Origin: a virus
Taxonomy: Duplodnaviria; Caudoviricetes
Direction: 5' to 3' (one strand)
Virus record (IMG/VR): IMGVR_UViG_3300021958_000023
Location: 32,001 to 96,000 of that record
Length of the DNA stretch: 64,000 nt
A program made the position numbers and the translations under genes. Below are positions 9,735 through 19,572 of this stretch, in pieces. The notes below the pieces were generated by a model, which saw only the letters and a program-made list of their open reading frames with translations, made no database searches and had not been told where the DNA came from. Each line of letters starts with the position of its first letter. Within the stretch, counting starts at the first letter, position 1.

Positions 9735-10851
9735 TGTATATTTAGAATATAATTTTTGTTATACCTCTGAAATACCTAAACTATTAGTAGGGTATGAAGA
9801 GCCTTTGCCAAACACTTGGAATTATTTCAAAGACGCTGATAGTTTATTTGAAAGTAATACTTTAAAAAATATAGATAAAAGTACAGAAATAGTAGTTTTA
9901 GCAAACGAAGATGCTTATAACAAAATATTAATTACATATTTAAAATCAATCCTACCAAACTGCATAGAGCAATCTGCGTATCATTTTTATAAACTTCTTT
10001 TACAAAAACATATCTATTTACACGGAAAATCATGTTTAGCACATGATGACGGATCTACTAATCTAAAATCTCCTTGGAACTCATTAACATTATTATCGTT
10101 AAAGGAATTTAGTAGTATATATAAAACTTGTAGTAAACACTTACTAGATGATTTCTATACAAAAGGAGCTTGTTTAGAACTACACTTAGCTAGTTATTTA
10201 GCAAATACTAAATATAACCATAAAGATATATTATATAAAAAACTATATAATATAGTTGCTGATACAGTATTAAACGAATTAACTTATTGGAAAATGAATG
10301 TAATGTGTCAGTTATTTGAGTTAGGGGATTTAGTTGATAGCATAGAGTATGGCTCTCATTTGTATGAAAATGCAGTTTATGAAGATTTAAAACTACCAAA
10401 AGAATACGATTGGTTAATGGATGGAAATATAAAAGCCTACCCTGACCTAAAGTATGTTAAAGAAAACTATGATCTAAAAACTCTATTTAGACTTTATAGA
10501 AAATCTGTAATGAAGTATGGTCACAATGGATTTTATAATAGTGAAGTTTTAATGGAAAAGTTCATTGAAGGTAACTTAGGATTAAGAGACATAATAAATA
10601 TCGATATTAACACAATTTATGCAGGTGGAAATATTGGAGAATATCAATATCAAGATAGAACTACTCACTACTTATTAAGATATTTCTATCTCTTAGCAAC
10701 AGAAAAAAGATACGATAAACTATCTGAGTATTCTTTAGAAACTACTGACAAAGTATTTAAACCTTTTATAAATGAATATAAAAGAAATAAAAAAATTCCG
10801 AAAGAATGGAATTTAACAGACCACCACAGTTTTAGAGAAGGCTATGTATAA
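9715..10851 (+). CDS. Hypothetical protein of the radical SAM cluster
   Basis: 378-aa ORF overlapping both neighbours; no recognisable motif. Confidence 0.75.
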   Translation: MFNLVNNVYLEYNFCYTSEIPKLLVGYEEPLPNTWNYFKDADSLFESNTLKNIDKSTEIVVLANEDAYNKILITYLKSILPNCIEQSAYHFYKLLLQKHIYLHGKSCLAHDDGSTNLKSPWNSLTLLSLKEFSSIYKTCSKHLLDDFYTKGACLELHLASYLANTKYNHKDILYKKLYNIVADTVLNELTYWKMNVMCQLFELGDLVDSIEYGSHLYENAVYEDLKLPKEYDWLMDGNIKAYPDLKYVKENYDLKTLFRLYRKSVMKYGHNGFYNSEVLMEKFIEGNLGLRDIINIDINTIYAGGNIGEYQYQDRTTHYLLRYFYLLATEKRYDKLSEYSLETTDKVFKPFINEYKRNKKIPKEWNLTDHHSFREGYV

Positions 10852-11833
10852 CACAGTCATAGATAAAAAAGCGTCCACTCTGGGAGAGGTTATTGTAACA
10901 CTGTTTGAACACTGTAATCTTGCGTGTAGTTTTTGTTCTCAAAATCATAATTCATTTGAGGGTGTGGAATCCATCCCAGAAAAATACTTTGCGATAAAAA
11001 GCGTCTATGAAAACTTACGCTCACAAAATAAAGAACAATTTTCCTTTCATTTTATGGGCGGAGAGATTTTGAGTGATTCAGTTTCAAATCAAATTTTGAA
11101 TAAAATTGAAGATTTAATTCTTAGATGTCAACAATCATTTGAAAACAGTGAATTTCTAATAACTTCTAATATGATATGGAGTGATAGAGATAGGGTAAGA
11201 CAAATGCTAGATAGGCTAGAAATTAAACTAGCAGTCAGCTATGATCCTGCGGGTCGCTTTAATACTACTCAACTAGAACAGTTTATGTCTAATGTTGAGT
11301 ATTTTAAAGATTATATCACCACAGTAAATATAATTCTAACAGCTCCTAATATTTATAAATTTTTAGGTAATGATATAACAGGTTTTGAGTATCTATATGA
11401 TAACTTTAATATATATTTTGATTACTATACTCCTGAAAAAAACGCTAGTATAAACTGTCCTACAGATGTAGAGTTATTAGAAATATTCAAATATTTGTCT
11501 AGTAATTATCCTAAAGTAGCACCTATAAACAAGTATTTATCTGGAGATACTAGGAAAAATTTAACCTGTCAAAGAACAAAGGTAATAGCTGCTAATGGAG
11601 AAATAGGTCACTGTAATTTATTAGTTGGAGGCAACTATAGAGCATTAGCACATGATAGTAGAGATAAGATGGAAGCTAAATGGATAGAAGGATTTAATTG
11701 CTTAATGTGTGATCATTTTACTAGATGTGGGTTGGGGTGTTTTCAAGAAAACCATATTTTACCTGAAAAAAGTACTATGGAGCATTGTTGGATTAAAGAC
11801 TATTGGGAATGGTTAGATGGAACTTATAATTAA
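10844..11833 (+). CDS. Radical SAM/SPASM-like protein #2
   Basis: CNLACSFC, FMGGE; C-terminal CLMCDHFTRCGLGC..HC. Confidence 0.9.
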   Translation: MYNTVIDKKASTLGEVIVTLFEHCNLACSFCSQNHNSFEGVESIPEKYFAIKSVYENLRSQNKEQFSFHFMGGEILSDSVSNQILNKIEDLILRCQQSFENSEFLITSNMIWSDRDRVRQMLDRLEIKLAVSYDPAGRFNTTQLEQFMSNVEYFKDYITTVNIILTAPNIYKFLGNDITGFEYLYDNFNIYFDYYTPEKNASINCPTDVELLEIFKYLSSNYPKVAPINKYLSGDTRKNLTCQRTKVIAANGEIGHCNLLVGGNYRALAHDSRDKMEAKWIEGFNCLMCDHFTRCGLGCFQENHILPEKSTMEHCWIKDYWEWLDGTYN

Positions 11834-12890
11834 ACCAACAGAACGTTGTAACTTTAAATGTACCTTTTGCTCTAGTACAAAAATTGCTGATTCTAAATCT
11901 GTAGAATTAGAGCATGAAAAAATATTTGCTTTTTTAAGAAGATTTCCTGATACTAATACTATTATTGTAAACGGTGGTGACCCTCTAATGATGACACCTG
12001 ATTACTATTGGAAAATAATAGATTACTTAAATGAACACGGCTTGAATACTACTATATCTTTAACGACTAATCTATGGCCGTTCTATAAAAATCCGACTAA
12101 ATGGATTGATCTTTTGAGTCATCCTAGAGTAGGGGTTTGTACCTCTTTTCAATATGGAGGAGGTAGATTAAAAGGAGATTTTTCAGAGTTTACTGAAGAA
12201 GACTTTTGGAATGTTTCAGATAAAATGTTAGAACTCGTAGGTTACCGTCCTGATTTTATCTCAGTAATAACAAAAGAAAATGAAGATCAAGCTATTGACA
12301 ATGTAAGATTAGCTAAAAAAATGGGAGTAGTGTGTAAACTAAACTATGCTGTTGCAAGCGGTCCAGAAATTAGATTTCTTAATGGAATTAAGATGGGATT
12401 AGAAAACTATACCTATCTACTTGCAGATATATATGAAATTTATCTTAAAATTTATAAGCTAGGACTTGCTGATTGGGAATATAACACTACTCAACTACTA
12501 AAAAGATTTTCTTCTAATACTACTTGTCCACAAAACAGACGTTGTGATGAAAATATTAGAAACCTAAATCCAGGAGGTGACTACTATTCTTGCGGAGCAT
12601 TTGGAGATGACAAAGAGTATGAAATAGATTTTGATAAAGAGATGAATCAAGATAAAGTAGAAACTCCTTTACAAAAGTCTATAGAACTACTATCTTTAAA
12701 ACAATCTTGTTTTACTTGTCCTATGTTTAAGATTTGTAATGGATGTAAAAAAACTACTAGTGATTTGAAAAGATTAAATTTAGTAGAAACACACTGTAAA
12801 AAAATGAAGAAACTAGCGCCTGACATAATAGAAATATGTAATTTAAAAACAAAAGTAACGGAGTATATAGATGAGTCAATATACACATAG
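11817..12890 (+). CDS. Radical SAM/SPASM protein #3
   Basis: IIKPTERCNFKCTFC, NGGDP; CPQNRRC..YYSCG..CFTCPMFKICNGC..HC. Confidence 0.92.
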   Translation: MELIIKPTERCNFKCTFCSSTKIADSKSVELEHEKIFAFLRRFPDTNTIIVNGGDPLMMTPDYYWKIIDYLNEHGLNTTISLTTNLWPFYKNPTKWIDLLSHPRVGVCTSFQYGGGRLKGDFSEFTEEDFWNVSDKMLELVGYRPDFISVITKENEDQAIDNVRLAKKMGVVCKLNYAVASGPEIRFLNGIKMGLENYTYLLADIYEIYLKIYKLGLADWEYNTTQLLKRFSSNTTCPQNRRCDENIRNLNPGGDYYSCGAFGDDKEYEIDFDKEMNQDKVETPLQKSIELLSLKQSCFTCPMFKICNGCKKTTSDLKRLNLVETHCKKMKKLAPDIIEICNLKTKVTEYIDESIYT

Positions 12891-13668
12891 AAAACTATGG
12901 CCTACCCCTATTTTATTAGGAAGTATTGATAAAGAATTAGCCAAAGATTTATTTAATTATATACTGAATAAGTATCATAATCCTGATGAAAAAACAGAAG
13001 TATTTAATCTGTTTTCTATCGGTGAGCCTCTTTTAGATAATCTATATAAAAACCATATTGTTCCTGCTACAAAAGAATATATTAAAAATAATTTATTTCA
13101 GTCTAACCATTATGAAATAAATTCTTATGCGTGGGCTCACGTATTGCCACAAGGACAAAATGTAGGTATTCATAATCATCCTAATAATCATATAAGCGGT
13201 ACTATATGGTTAAACGATCATGATAGTCATCTTTTAATGGTCGATCCAAAAGGTAATTCTAATATGATGGATTTTGGATATCTAGATTTAGAAATGTTAA
13301 CTAAAATGGGTATGACTGTTGGGAATGATGAAATTAGACATAACCATACTTCTAGATATAACGAGTTTGGAAGACAGATGAATAATAGCACACTAGACTT
13401 CACAGGACTTTTTGGTGATTATGTTGATACATTTGATAAACCAACTAGATCAGTAAATCCAACTAACATCACTATTAAACCAGAGCTTGGTAAGTTTGTA
13501 TTATTTCCATCTTGGGTATGGCACGAAGTAGAACCAAACCAATCTAAAATGCCTAGAATTAGTATTTCTTGGGATACTAGAATTACTCCAAAGATAAAAA
13601 AAGAGCATAATATTCATCATGAACAAGACATTAGAATATTAGGAGATGTTCTTGATATACAGAACTAA
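12871..13668 (+). CDS. 2OG-Fe(II) oxygenase (TIGR02466-like)
   Basis: LWPTP, HNHPNNHISG, LFPSWVWHEV, RISISWD. Confidence 0.85.
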   Translation: MSQYTHRKLWPTPILLGSIDKELAKDLFNYILNKYHNPDEKTEVFNLFSIGEPLLDNLYKNHIVPATKEYIKNNLFQSNHYEINSYAWAHVLPQGQNVGIHNHPNNHISGTIWLNDHDSHLLMVDPKGNSNMMDFGYLDLEMLTKMGMTVGNDEIRHNHTSRYNEFGRQMNNSTLDFTGLFGDYVDTFDKPTRSVNPTNITIKPELGKFVLFPSWVWHEVEPNQSKMPRISISWDTRITPKIKKEHNIHHEQDIRILGDVLDIQN

Positions 13669-14071
13669 GAAAGCTGATATTAATGATTTACAAATATTAG
13701 TAGCTTTATCATATAATATGATAAAAGATGAGCGGTATGAACGAGATGATTTAGTTTATATTATAAAAAATGATATAATTGAAATACTATATTTCAATAA
13801 TATAGCTATTGGATACTATACCGTAATTAATCATGAGAAGGGTAAGTACTTAGAAACTATATTAATTGATAAAAAATATCAAGGAACAGAAGCAGTATAT
13901 CAATTATGTAATAAAGCAGTTAACCCTATTAATGGAAATCCTTTATGGGGTTTAAGTAGATATAAACGAGTTGATATATTATTGAAAAAATATGGTTTTG
14001 AACCAAAAGAATATGAAACAATTAAAGGAAGAAAGTACAGATGGTGGATAAACCGTTTTCAGTCTCAATAA
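13646..14071 (+). CDS. GNAT-family acetyltransferase-like protein
   Basis: KADINDL, IGYY, YLETILIDKKYQG (motif A-like), LLKKYGF. Confidence 0.6.
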   Translation: MFLIYRTKKADINDLQILVALSYNMIKDERYERDDLVYIIKNDIIEILYFNNIAIGYYTVINHEKGKYLETILIDKKYQGTEAVYQLCNKAVNPINGNPLWGLSRYKRVDILLKKYGFEPKEYETIKGRKYRWWINRFQSQ

Positions 14072-14958
14072 ACCCTAGTTACTTTTGTAATTTTAGATGT
14101 GATTTTTGTTATCTAACTCCTGAACAACTAGGAGACCAGAAAAAAATTGATCTTAAAAAATTAGATAAATTACTTTCTGAAGTGCCAAAAATAGATCATA
14201 TAGATTTATACGGCGGAGAAATAGGAGCATTAAAAAGGAGTTATTATGAAGACCTTATCAAAACAATACGCAATTGGTATTCTGACACTATCAACATTAA
14301 TACTAATTTTTCTATGCTTGACGACAGATTCTTCGAGGATGGAATCTCTCTTTCCGTCTCATATGATTTTTCAGCAAGAGAAAAATCTAATCTAGTATAT
14401 AATAATATGTTAATGAGCCCTGTGCCTCTCTCGGTTCTTATCTTAGCTTCAGCTGAAGTAGTAAAAATGGATGTAGACTATATGATTAAACAATTAAATA
14501 TGTGTAAATCAGTAAAGTCAGTTGAAATAAAGCCATATTCTATAAATCAAGCAAATGCTCATTTAGTAACTCATAGAGAGTTTGAGTTATTTGTGTCTCA
14601 GTGGATTGATAGTCCTATAGAAAAACGGTTTGAGTTTCAAAACTTGAGAAGAATTGAACGAAGTGTCAAGAAGGAGTATAGTGCTTGGTCTGATGATCAT
14701 ATCTATATTACTCCTAATGGAAAGTTTGCTGTATTAGAGTTTGATCAAAACGATAGAGAATATTTTATGGAATTACCGAGTTACAACGCATTTGAACAAT
14801 GGGCGTGGAGAGAGAAAAGAACACTATCTACAATATGTCAAAACTGTAGTTGGGTAGGACATTGCTTAACAGAACACTATAGACAAGTAAAAGATTTAAA
14901 ACATAGTTGTAATGGTTATATAAATCTTTTAACAAAGTACCAACATGATTTTATATAA
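14041..14958 (+). CDS. Radical SAM protein #4 with Cys-rich C-terminus
   Basis: CNFRCDFC, LYGGE; C-terminal CQNCSWVGHCLTEH..SCNG. Confidence 0.9.
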   Translation: MVDKPFSVSINPSYFCNFRCDFCYLTPEQLGDQKKIDLKKLDKLLSEVPKIDHIDLYGGEIGALKRSYYEDLIKTIRNWYSDTININTNFSMLDDRFFEDGISLSVSYDFSAREKSNLVYNNMLMSPVPLSVLILASAEVVKMDVDYMIKQLNMCKSVKSVEIKPYSINQANAHLVTHREFELFVSQWIDSPIEKRFEFQNLRRIERSVKKEYSAWSDDHIYITPNGKFAVLEFDQNDREYFMELPSYNAFEQWAWREKRTLSTICQNCSWVGHCLTEHYRQVKDLKHSCNGYINLLTKYQHDFI

Positions 14959-15454
14959 AGACGTTTTAGAAAATGGTTTTGCTTTCAGTGAAATTAATCT
15001 AAATCCTATTGCTAAAGATTTAGAATCTTTAGAGTTTTATGAAAACGAAGATAGAAAACCAGGAGTTGAAGTAAGCTGGTCTACTTTTGGTATGCCTAAA
15101 AAAGTTAATAACTACTTAATACATAGTTTAAAAAACGTATGTGATGATTACATAGGTTCCTTAATAGATAAAATAGACACATTTGAAGCGTATAAAACAG
15201 AAGTAAAAGAATATACACAGCTTCACAGCGATTCTTCTTTTGGAGGGCTGATACAAATTATGGTCTACTATATTAAGGGAGATTTAAAGGGTAGAAACTT
15301 TTTATATGGAAAAGTAAGCAGAATAGATAGTATAGTTCCTTATACAGGACTAGTTATAGTATCTGATCAACTAAATAAAGAGTGGTTACATGGCACTAAC
15401 CCACTAATAAATCCGTGTTTTAATTTATGTATAACAGCGATAACTCCAAGATGA
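14945..15454 (+). CDS. Putative 2OG-Fe(II) oxygenase
   Basis: LHSD...GRNFLYG...P..GLVIV...WLHGT is consistent with an HxD...H facial triad. Confidence 0.55.
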   Translation: MILYKDVLENGFAFSEINLNPIAKDLESLEFYENEDRKPGVEVSWSTFGMPKKVNNYLIHSLKNVCDDYIGSLIDKIDTFEAYKTEVKEYTQLHSDSSFGGLIQIMVYYIKGDLKGRNFLYGKVSRIDSIVPYTGLVIVSDQLNKEWLHGTNPLINPCFNLCITAITPR

Positions 15455-16134
15455 ATAAAAAAGAATTTTATAAGAAAGAACATTTTTCTAAAAAGAACTG
15501 GTTACATGACAATGGTAGAGTAAACGCTACAGTATCAGGAAATAACTGGGTAGGAGTATCTATATCTCCTTATATGAAAGATTTTAAGTCTCAAGTAGAT
15601 CCAGGAATTTGGCCGTTGGTTGAGATACTAACTAAAAAAGGATATTTAACTTGTTCATCTTGTGAAGGGCATGATTGGATGGAAGAATCTTTTGTAGTAG
15701 TGTGTTTTGGGTCTAGAGATTCAAGAGATCAATTTGCTAAACAAGTAGTAAAAGCACACATACCTCAATACCGAGTATTCTATCAAGAATCACAGACTAA
15801 TATAAATCTTTATGATCCATTCAATAATTATCATGAATTAATGGATGATCCTACAATGGATGAAACTCAGAATTGGTTTAAAGTAAAAGATAAACTATAT
15901 TTTACAAAAGTTGAAGACGATATACCAGAAGAAATTATAGAAAAAGAAGCAGAAAACTGGAATCACTGTTTTGGTAGAAAATATAAACGATGGTACTATT
16001 GTCGACTTCTAATTGGGGGTGCAGTACTAAACGGTAAGACTCCCACAACACTATGTGTACACTGGACTCGTTATTTTTGGATAAAAAAATTAGCTAGTTT
16101 TATTGAAAGAAAGGTATCTAATGGCTTTGACTGA
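15427..16134 (+). CDS. Hypothetical protein with Tyw3-like SSCxGH motif
   Basis: VDPGIWPLVEILTKKGYLTCSSCEGH resembles the Tyw3 N-terminal D..I..L...YTTSSCSGR pattern. Likely start is MNKKEF. Confidence 0.55.
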   Translation: MYNSDNSKMNKKEFYKKEHFSKKNWLHDNGRVNATVSGNNWVGVSISPYMKDFKSQVDPGIWPLVEILTKKGYLTCSSCEGHDWMEESFVVVCFGSRDSRDQFAKQVVKAHIPQYRVFYQESQTNINLYDPFNNYHELMDDPTMDETQNWFKVKDKLYFTKVEDDIPEEIIEKEAENWNHCFGRKYKRWYYCRLLIGGAVLNGKTPTTLCVHWTRYFWIKKLASFIERKVSNGFD

Positions 16135-16771
16135 GAAATTTAGAGAAATACAATATGATTCTGATAATCTTATAGAGTATTCTTACCATGCAAACGATAC
16201 ATCTAAAGAAGTATTAGAACTAAAAAATAAACTTTACACAATTTTTAAAGAAGAAAGTGCTGCTGACTTAGCTTTTAAACACGATATGATCAGCTATCAT
16301 TCTAAAAATGGAACTACTTATGAAGAAGATGCTATTGTAGTTGTTTATTCTGAAAAATGTCCTTTTTATTTAAGAGAAGAGTTTAATCTAAAAGATTTTA
16401 ACTCTTTAGACTTTTATGCAATAAAATATTTCTTAAATAGTAAAAAAAGAGTATTAAAAACGTATGATGCAGATATGTATAATTATGAAATACCCCAACT
16501 CCCTCCTAAATCAGCTATCGGTAATCAATTTGGTGTTGGAAGAACACACGGAATTGAAAAAGAGTATAGAGATGTTTACTTTTTTAACTCTAATGATATG
16601 ATGGTAGGGTATTTTTGGGGAGATTGGATTCCTAAAATAGAAGAACCATATAAAAATCCCGCAACTAAATGTTACGGGATTACTTACGAAGAAGGAATCA
16701 AAGATGTTTTAAAGTTAAAACGTTACCTGTTTCCTTTTCATTATGAAATGTCTGATCTAACTTTATTATGA
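16103..16771 (+). CDS. Hypothetical protein, last gene of the island
   Basis: 222-aa ORF converging on the minus-strand gene that ends at 16766. Confidence 0.7.
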   Translation: MKERYLMALTEKFREIQYDSDNLIEYSYHANDTSKEVLELKNKLYTIFKEESAADLAFKHDMISYHSKNGTTYEEDAIVVVYSEKCPFYLREEFNLKDFNSLDFYAIKYFLNSKKRVLKTYDADMYNYEIPQLPPKSAIGNQFGVGRTHGIEKEYRDVYFFNSNDMMVGYFWGDWIPKIEEPYKNPATKCYGITYEEGIKDVLKLKRYLFPFHYEMSDLTLL

Positions 16772-17377
16772 TTTTCTCTCAATAGTAAAAGAAACAGGGG
16801 GTGGATTAGGAGCAATATTAAAACTAATAATAGCTTTTGGTATATCTTTATCTATATGTCTATTACTAGTATGTCCTATAAAAGATGGAAATATTATCAC
16901 ATCTCCTTCGTCCACTGTTGGAGTTACAGAATCTATATTACCATCATAAGGAGTTCCAAAAGGGCTATAAAAACTAGTACCCCCACTAGGAGGAACATCA
17001 ATATACAGAATAGCACTATAGCCTAGAGCTCCATGATTATGATAAGGATGAGATCCTCCATAGGCATAGTGTTGAAACCACATCTCACTAATTATAAGTT
17101 TTTCTAACCCTACCTGTTCTTTCCATTCAAATAGTTCTTTTTCTATAGTTTGAAACACAAATTTTGTGTATTGCTTTTTACTAAGGTTTTCCCAAAAGTC
17201 TGTAGCTATACCTGTATTTTCATCTACACCTATTGCAGGTAGTAACGTAAGCAATTCTTCTTTTTTATTTTTCCAATCAGAAACTCTAAATCTCCAATAA
17301 GGAACTCTAAATAAGTCTCTTTGTTGTATCATATATCGCCTATCATTGGAAAAATTTCTGCAATTACTTTTGCACAA
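16766..17377 (-). CDS. 2OG-Fe(II) oxygenase
   Basis: MWFQHY..HPYHNHG...YSAILY, EGDVIIFPSFIGH, IISFN. Likely start is MIQQRDLF. Confidence 0.8.
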   Translation of the reverse strand: MCKSNCRNFSNDRRYMIQQRDLFRVPYWRFRVSDWKNKKEELLTLLPAIGVDENTGIATDFWENLSKKQYTKFVFQTIEKELFEWKEQVGLEKLIISEMWFQHYAYGGSHPYHNHGALGYSAILYIDVPPSGGTSFYSPFGTPYDGNIDSVTPTVDEGDVIIFPSFIGHTSNRHIDKDIPKAIISFNIAPNPPPVSFTIERKS

Positions 17378-18027
17378 GCGTGTGCAATTTCCATGTGTTC
17401 TAATTGTGTTCCATTAGCTCCACGTAGATCGATATAGTGAATCCATGAACGTAAAGTACCGTTCATATATAAACGTGTTTTAGTCAATCCTTCTGGTAAC
17501 ACAACACGAGCCTGTTCTTTAGCAATACCGTTTTCTATAGCCCAATTGTATGCGTTACTAGCTGCTAGAATAACTTGATCTTGTTTAGACAACCATTGTT
17601 GTTGTAAAGCAGCTTGTTCTTTGCTTTCTAACTCACTGTCTTCTAAAGAGATACTATTTTGTCTATTCTTTTTATCTTGTAATCTCGCATCTCTACGAGT
17701 AAAAATTTCTCCTAAACTTTTAGGATTAGCGTAACGCTGACTAAACTCTTGAAATGAAAAAGAACGATGACGCACAATTTGATGTGCGATATCACGAGTA
17801 GTTTCAATTTCTAAACACACATTTACCATCTCAAAAGGAGACCAATGTTTATGTTGCATTAAATAGTATAGTAGCTTTTCAGAAGTTTCTTCATTGATTT
17901 GATTTCCTGGATTAGAAACTCTTGCACAATAGGCAACTAGTCCTTTTATATCTCTTACACTACTGTTAGTATCAAATAGTTCTTTAGATACTGTACTATA
18001 AGAAACTAATTTAACTTTCGTATCCAT
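17329..18027 (-). CDS. thyX: Flavin-dependent thymidylate synthase
   Basis: HWSPFE, RHRSFSFQEFSQRY signature, EQARVVLP, LRSWIHYI. Confidence 0.97.
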   Translation of the reverse strand: MDTKVKLVSYSTVSKELFDTNSSVRDIKGLVAYCARVSNPGNQINEETSEKLLYYLMQHKHWSPFEMVNVCLEIETTRDIAHQIVRHRSFSFQEFSQRYANPKSLGEIFTRRDARLQDKKNRQNSISLEDSELESKEQAALQQQWLSKQDQVILAASNAYNWAIENGIAKEQARVVLPEGLTKTRLYMNGTLRSWIHYIDLRGANGTQLEHMEIAHACAKVIAEIFPMIGDI

Positions 18028-18346
18028 TATTTTCCTCTATTTTTTCTGCTCTAATTTTTTCATACTCTTTAAAATCAGATTCCAAAACATCATGATTATG
18101 CAAAGCCAAAAGCCCGTAGTGTATAATTTTTAATAAGTCTTGACGATTTTTACCTGATTTTTTACCGTATCTTTGGGAGTATTTCATTATATTACCTATA
18201 GCGAAACCCTCACCTTGTCCAGAGTCGATAATAAACTCTGTGGCTTGAAACTTATTCAAAGAGTAATGCTGAGTATAAGTTTTATCTATATACTCAGCAA
18301 TCTCCTGTAGTAGAGCAGGCTCGTTGTATTTATAGTCTATGCTCAT
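18011..18346 (-). CDS. DUF3310-like conserved phage protein
   Basis: HYS...GEGFAIGNIMKYSQRYGKK.G..DLLKIIHY. Confidence 0.75.
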   Translation of the reverse strand: MSIDYKYNEPALLQEIAEYIDKTYTQHYSLNKFQATEFIIDSGQGEGFAIGNIMKYSQRYGKKSGKNRQDLLKIIHYGLLALHNHDVLESDFKEYEKIRAEKIEENNGYES

Positions 18347-18609
18347 GCAGTTCTCATTTTAATTTGAGCAGGACGTGGAAATCCCCACACATCATTAGTT
18401 TTTACTCTAATAAAGCGTTTATTTGTTTCTTCTTTATTAGGATTTTCTACGGTAATCCAAGGGTTTTCACCTTTAGCCCAATGTTTAGTAATATTTGCTG
18501 TTTTCCAATCAGCAGAACGTTCACGCCTACACATCTTAAGAATTTTCTTAGATACGCTAGAGCGCTCACCTTTAGATACATAATGTTTTCCAGATGACTT
18601 TTTTGCCAT
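18343..18609 (-). CDS. Basic conserved phage hypothetical protein
   Basis: YVSKGER...W.KGENPWITVENPNKEETNKRFIRV; GGAG RBS. Confidence 0.75.
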   Translation of the reverse strand: MAKKSSGKHYVSKGERSSVSKKILKMCRRERSADWKTANITKHWAKGENPWITVENPNKEETNKRFIRVKTNDVWGFPRPAQIKMRTA

Positions 18610-18651
18610 AACAATCTCCTCTTGATTTTCTATATTCTAACAAATATAGAA

Positions 18652-18846
18652 CTAACAAGCAAGATGATTGTTACTTTTATTGAATACTGATTGGTAGGGA
18701 ATTTCATAAAGCTCATTACTTTGATCAAATGCGTTTATACATTTTTCACAATGTAAAAGAGAAGTGGGAAAAAATGTCCCACTTCCTATAATAGTGTTTT
18801 GCTTTGTTTCACAATACGGACACTTAACTGTTGCTACGTAATACAT
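18652..18846 (-). CDS. Zinc-ribbon protein
   Basis: CPYC...CEKC. Confidence 0.55.
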   Translation of the reverse strand: MYYVATVKCPYCETKQNTIIGSGTFFPTSLLHCEKCINAFDQSNELYEIPYQSVFNKSNNHLAC

Positions 18847-19564
18847 GCTCTATTTTGTTTTTATACTTTGTCATGCTATGGTCATATATGCCATCAAAAA
18901 GTTGAAACTTTTTTAACGCCGTGCTACGGCCTCTCCACCCGTCTTTAAACTTTTGCCAGGCGGTTGGTTTTCTTATATTTCCATAGTGGTTAATATAACA
19001 TAGATTACCATAATGTTTGTATCCTAGCAAGCAAAAAGGTACTTTGGGAACAAGATCGTTATTATTGACAAACCTATAGTGTGTAAAGGTTTGCTGCTTG
19101 CACCAAACTCTATTTCCAACTCTAGGAGAGCCGAAACTATACACAGTACAGTCTTTAATTCTAGAACCAGCTAGAGTAGCTAAAGCTCCTCCTAAAGAAT
19201 GTCCACATACTATAATAGGGTTATTCTTGCTGGACTCTATCCATTTTACAATGTTTGCCCATACATCGTCTAAAGACTCTTTAAAACCAAAATGAACTCT
19301 TCCAGTAGTATCTGATTTAGTTTTCCACCCTCTTAAATCAGCCTGTATGTCTTTAAATTTATTTGGTTCTGTTCCTCTAAAAACAATATAGTTATAACCG
19401 TTTAAAACGAAGCAAGCTGCTTCAGTTCCATCATGTTTAAAAAATTCAAAATCACCTATGCCTCCTAATTGAGAAATTTTAGATAACATCTCTTCTTTTG
19501 GAGAATATACATAAGCAGCAGCCGCTGCACAAATAGCAGCTTGGTTCAAAGTTGTCGCATCCAT
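18824..19564 (-). CDS. Lipase, class 3 (alpha/beta hydrolase)
   Basis: VFRGTE, VHFGF, GHSLGGALA nucleophile elbow, FGSPRVG, NNNDLVPKVP, DHSM. Confidence 0.92.
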   Translation of the reverse strand: MDATTLNQAAICAAAAAYVYSPKEEMLSKISQLGGIGDFEFFKHDGTEAACFVLNGYNYIVFRGTEPNKFKDIQADLRGWKTKSDTTGRVHFGFKESLDDVWANIVKWIESSKNNPIIVCGHSLGGALATLAGSRIKDCTVYSFGSPRVGNRVWCKQQTFTHYRFVNNNDLVPKVPFCLLGYKHYGNLCYINHYGNIRKPTAWQKFKDGWRGRSTALKKFQLFDGIYDHSMTKYKNKIEHVLRSNS

Positions 19565-19572
19565 GTCAGCAC

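Noticed and set aside
7407-14958. Radical SAM genes as QueE, NrdG or MoaA cofactor/nucleotide enzymes
   Set aside because: They have SPASM-like Cys-rich C-termini and lack partner genes (queC/queD/folE, nrdD, moaC) in the window. A nucleotide role is not formally excluded.
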